Positions 25,787-27,807 of a DNA stretch of 27,807 nucleotides are shown one piece after another. The position numbers and the translations under genes were made by a program. The notes under the pieces are model-generated. The model ran no database searches. It was given only the letters and a program-made list of their open reading frames with translations, and was not told where the DNA came from. The stretch's first letter is position 1. Each line of letters starts with the position of its first letter. Origin of the DNA: a virus (taxonomy: Duplodnaviria; Caudoviricetes); IMG/VR virus record IMGVR_UViG_3300012665_000403, positions 1 through 27,807 of that record, one strand, 5' to 3'.

Positions 25787-26134
25787 ATGCAGCACGAGAA
25801 CATACCTCCTACCTTCTACCACCATAGGCCTATCAAAAAGTTCTACCTTGATGGAGTCATTCATGATGAGTCAGCGTTGGGCAGGTTAAAGGATGAGTAC
25901 ATTAGACTGCTTGACTCAGAGATGCGACTTTCAGGCTATGTTCCAAGGCTTGACATAATTCCAGATTTTACGCTAGACTATAACCATAAGAAAAAATATT
26001 TTGAATTTCAATTAACAGTACACGGCACATATACGGGAAGAAGACAAAGCGAATGGATAGCAGGAATAGACGTAAGCACACCAATCTTTATACAAAAGAG
26101 CAAATCAAAAGAGTTCTCACAGGAACAGGTGTAA
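25787..26134 (+). CDS. Hypothetical protein between helicase and primase
   Basis: 115-aa ORF that fills the gap and has its own -10 element. Its 3' end overlaps the primase gene by 82 nt. Confidence 0.7.
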   Translation: MQHENIPPTFYHHRPIKKFYLDGVIHDESALGRLKDEYIRLLDSEMRLSGYVPRLDIIPDFTLDYNHKKKYFEFQLTVHGTYTGRRQSEWIAGIDVSTPIFIQKSKSKEFSQEQV

Positions 26135-26997
26135 CGATTGAGTCTGAGGTTGACTCAGACTATATTATTTTCTGTCCATATCACAATAACAATAGAACTC
26201 CAGCAGGAGAAATAGACAAGAACGATGGAACATTCTTCTGTTTTGCTTGCCATCATGTTACTGGACTAACTGAGTTTGTTATGCACATGTCTAACAGAAC
26301 TTACTTTGAGGCTGCAAGATTCATAAAGAGCAAAGAAACAGAGAGCAGTATTGAAACAGATATAGATAAGGCTTTATATAAAAAGCCAGAGTTTACAATG
26401 TTTGATGAATTAGTTCTTAAGCGTTTGCACAACAATCTAATATCTTCAGATAGAGCAAAAGATTATTTTACTTATAGAAAAATAACAAAAGACTCTGCGT
26501 CAAAATTTTCTTTAGGATACTCTGATAAGCAGGACATGGTTACCGTTCCAGTTCACAGCCCAGATGGTTTGCCAATTGGCTTTGTCGGCAGATCAATTGA
26601 GGGCAAGGAGTTTAAGAATACTCCAGGACTTCCAAAGTCTAAGACATTATTTAATTTGCATAGGGTAAAAAGTTCTGGAACAGTTTACGTTGTTGAGTCA
26701 TCATTTGATGCCATCAGGCTTGATCAGGTAGGACTTCCTGCTGTCGCTACACTTGGATCAAATGTTTCTAATATACAAATAGAGTTGCTTCAAAAGTACT
26801 TCAATGATATAATTGTTATTGCGGATAATGATGAAGCAGGTGGAAATATGAAAACTAAGATAGTTGAAAAACTTGGTTCTCGTGTATCTGTAATACAACT
26901 AAATAATCAATACAAAGATATAGGCGACATGGACGATAAGTCAATTCAAGAACTGGACTTTCAGTTTGACAAATCAATACAGTCTATGCTAAACTAA
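26053..26997 (+). CDS. dnaG: DnaG-type DNA primase (CHC2 Zn finger + TOPRIM)
   Basis: 'CPYHNNNRTPA...FFCFAC' Zn finger, 'PIGFVGRSI', 'KSKTLFNL', and TOPRIM 'VYVVESSFDAI...ATLGS...IADNDEAG...KDIGDM'. Confidence 0.93.
   Translation: MDSRNRRKHTNLYTKEQIKRVLTGTGVTIESEVDSDYIIFCPYHNNNRTPAGEIDKNDGTFFCFACHHVTGLTEFVMHMSNRTYFEAARFIKSKETESSIETDIDKALYKKPEFTMFDELVLKRLHNNLISSDRAKDYFTYRKITKDSASKFSLGYSDKQDMVTVPVHSPDGLPIGFVGRSIEGKEFKNTPGLPKSKTLFNLHRVKSSGTVYVVESSFDAIRLDQVGLPAVATLGSNVSNIQIELLQKYFNDIIVIADNDEAGGNMKTKIVEKLGSRVSVIQLNNQYKDIGDMDDKSIQELDFQFDKSIQSMLN
26966..26995 (+). promoter_or_regulatory. Full sigma70-type promoter TTGACA-N18-TAAACT with TGn extension
   Basis: TTGACA at 26966-26971, TGC at 26987-26989 and TAAACT at 26990-26995, within the last primase codons and upstream of ATG 27022. 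Confidence 0.7.
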
Positions 26998-27021
26998 CAT
27001 AACACAGAAAAGAGAAAACAA

Positions 27022-27675
27022 ATGGCAATACTAAGAGGAATAAAGGAAATGGGTCCAGTACTAGATGGACCAAAGGGTGGCGACGGCCCAAAGGTTAAGT
27101 GGCTAAAACTTGCTGATGGACAATCAGTAAAGATTAGATTCTTAGAAGAACTTGACGAAGACTCAGCAAACTATAGTGCAGAGCGTGGTCTAGCAATCGT
27201 TGTATCAGAACACACAAACCCAAAGGACTACAAGCGTAAGGCTGTAGACACAATGGATACAGAAGGTCGTGACTGGGCAGAAGAAATGCATCGTAAGGAT
27301 CCAAAGGCTGGCTGGAGAGCACGTCTTCGTTTCTATTGCAACGTTCTCGTAGACGACGGCATTGAAGCACCATATGTTGCAATCTGGTCAATGGGTATCA
27401 GCAAGCAATCATCATTCAACACAATTCGTGAGTATGCCCTTGAAACAGGAAGCATCTCAAATGTACAGTGGAAGTTAAAGCGTAATGGTCAGGGAACTGA
27501 AACTAATTACACACTAATTCCATCTGCACCAGACAAGGAACCATTCAACTGGGGAGACATTAAGCCTTACCCACTAGAGTCTGCACTACGCAAGGTTCCA
27601 TACGCAGAACAAGAAGCGTTCTATTTGGGCTTTGATGGCCCATCTGCCACCTCAGCAACAAACGCTGATTGGTAA
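27022..27675 (+). CDS. Single-stranded DNA-binding protein (phage gp32-like OB fold)
   Basis: 'KWLKLADGQSVKIRFL...ARLRFYCNVLV...WKLKRNGQGTETNYTLIP' pattern. Located between primase and polymerase. Confidence 0.75.
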   Translation: MAILRGIKEMGPVLDGPKGGDGPKVKWLKLADGQSVKIRFLEELDEDSANYSAERGLAIVVSEHTNPKDYKRKAVDTMDTEGRDWAEEMHRKDPKAGWRARLRFYCNVLVDDGIEAPYVAIWSMGISKQSSFNTIREYALETGSISNVQWKLKRNGQGTETNYTLIPSAPDKEPFNWGDIKPYPLESALRKVPYAEQEAFYLGFDGPSATSATNADW

Positions 27676-27676
27676 T

Positions 27677-27807
27677 ATGAACTACGTCGGCTTACATGTC
27701 CATACCCATTTTAGTTTATTTGATGGGATTGCTACTCCAGAAGAATACGTGAACCGTGCAGTTGAGTTAGGGATGCCAGCAATTGCCATCACTGACCACG
27801 GTACTTT
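27677..27807 (+). CDS. dnaE: DNA polymerase III alpha subunit (family C), N-terminal PHP domain, truncated by window end
   Basis: Not in the ORF track. ATG 27677 translates to MNYVGLHVHTHFSLFDGIATPEEYVNRAVELGMPAIAITDHGT, which has the HxHTxxSxxDG...AITDHG PHP signature. Confidence 0.9.
   Translation, partial: MNYVGLHVHTHFSLFDGIATPEEYVNRAVELGMPAIAITDHGT

Noticed and set aside
24554-26997. Inteins, introns or homing endonucleases in the helicase or primase
   Set aside because: Both proteins are compact with contiguous motifs. No intein termini or LAGLIDADG/HNH inserts were seen.
86-27391. Numerous minus-strand and alternate-frame ORFs of 60-224 aa in the ORF track (e.g. 6353..7027, 13934..14395, 21356..21796)
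   Set aside because: They lie on top of long, motif-supported + strand genes, have shadow-ORF composition (Ser/Ala/Leu/Phe-rich) and show no recognisable motifs or start signals.
1-27807. CRISPR array, tRNA/rRNA genes, integrase/IS elements, DGR repeats, lysis cassette
   Set aside because: Intergenic gaps are all under 100 nt, and by eye I saw no spaced direct repeats, cloverleafs, recombinase, reverse transcriptase, holin or endolysin motifs. A small RNA could still be missed without covariance searches.
1-27807. Stop-codon reassignment (alternative genetic code)
   Set aside because: The standard code yields full-length, tightly packed genes, and TAA, TAG and TGA all act as stops at sensible gene ends.

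Overview
The window is a gene-dense, AT-rich segment of a tailed dsDNA phage (siphovirus-type) with every credible gene on the + strand. It opens in the 3' end of the major capsid gene, followed by head-tail joining genes, the tail tube gene, two paralogous tail-assembly-chaperone genes, a very large (3426 aa) tape measure protein and six distal-tail/tip/receptor-binding genes. With no strand switch, it continues into a Zn-ribbon gene, an HTH gene and a bacterial-style replication module: DnaB helicase, DnaG-type primase, ssDNA-binding protein and the first 43 codons of a DnaE (PHP-domain) polymerase. The gene order and apparent leaderless transcripts are compatible with an actinobacterial host, but this is inference. 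Three observations stand out. (i) The usual frameshifted gpG/gpGT chaperone locus appears replaced by a duplication: an in-frame G+T fusion gene followed by a separate G-only paralog, each with its own promoter. (ii) The tape measure protein carries non-helical inserts bounded by recurring motifs, possibly ejected cargo domains. (iii) Extended -10 (TGnTAnnnT) promoters recur at gene junctions, several positioned for leaderless translation. All product calls come from manual motif recognition and synteny; no database search was run.
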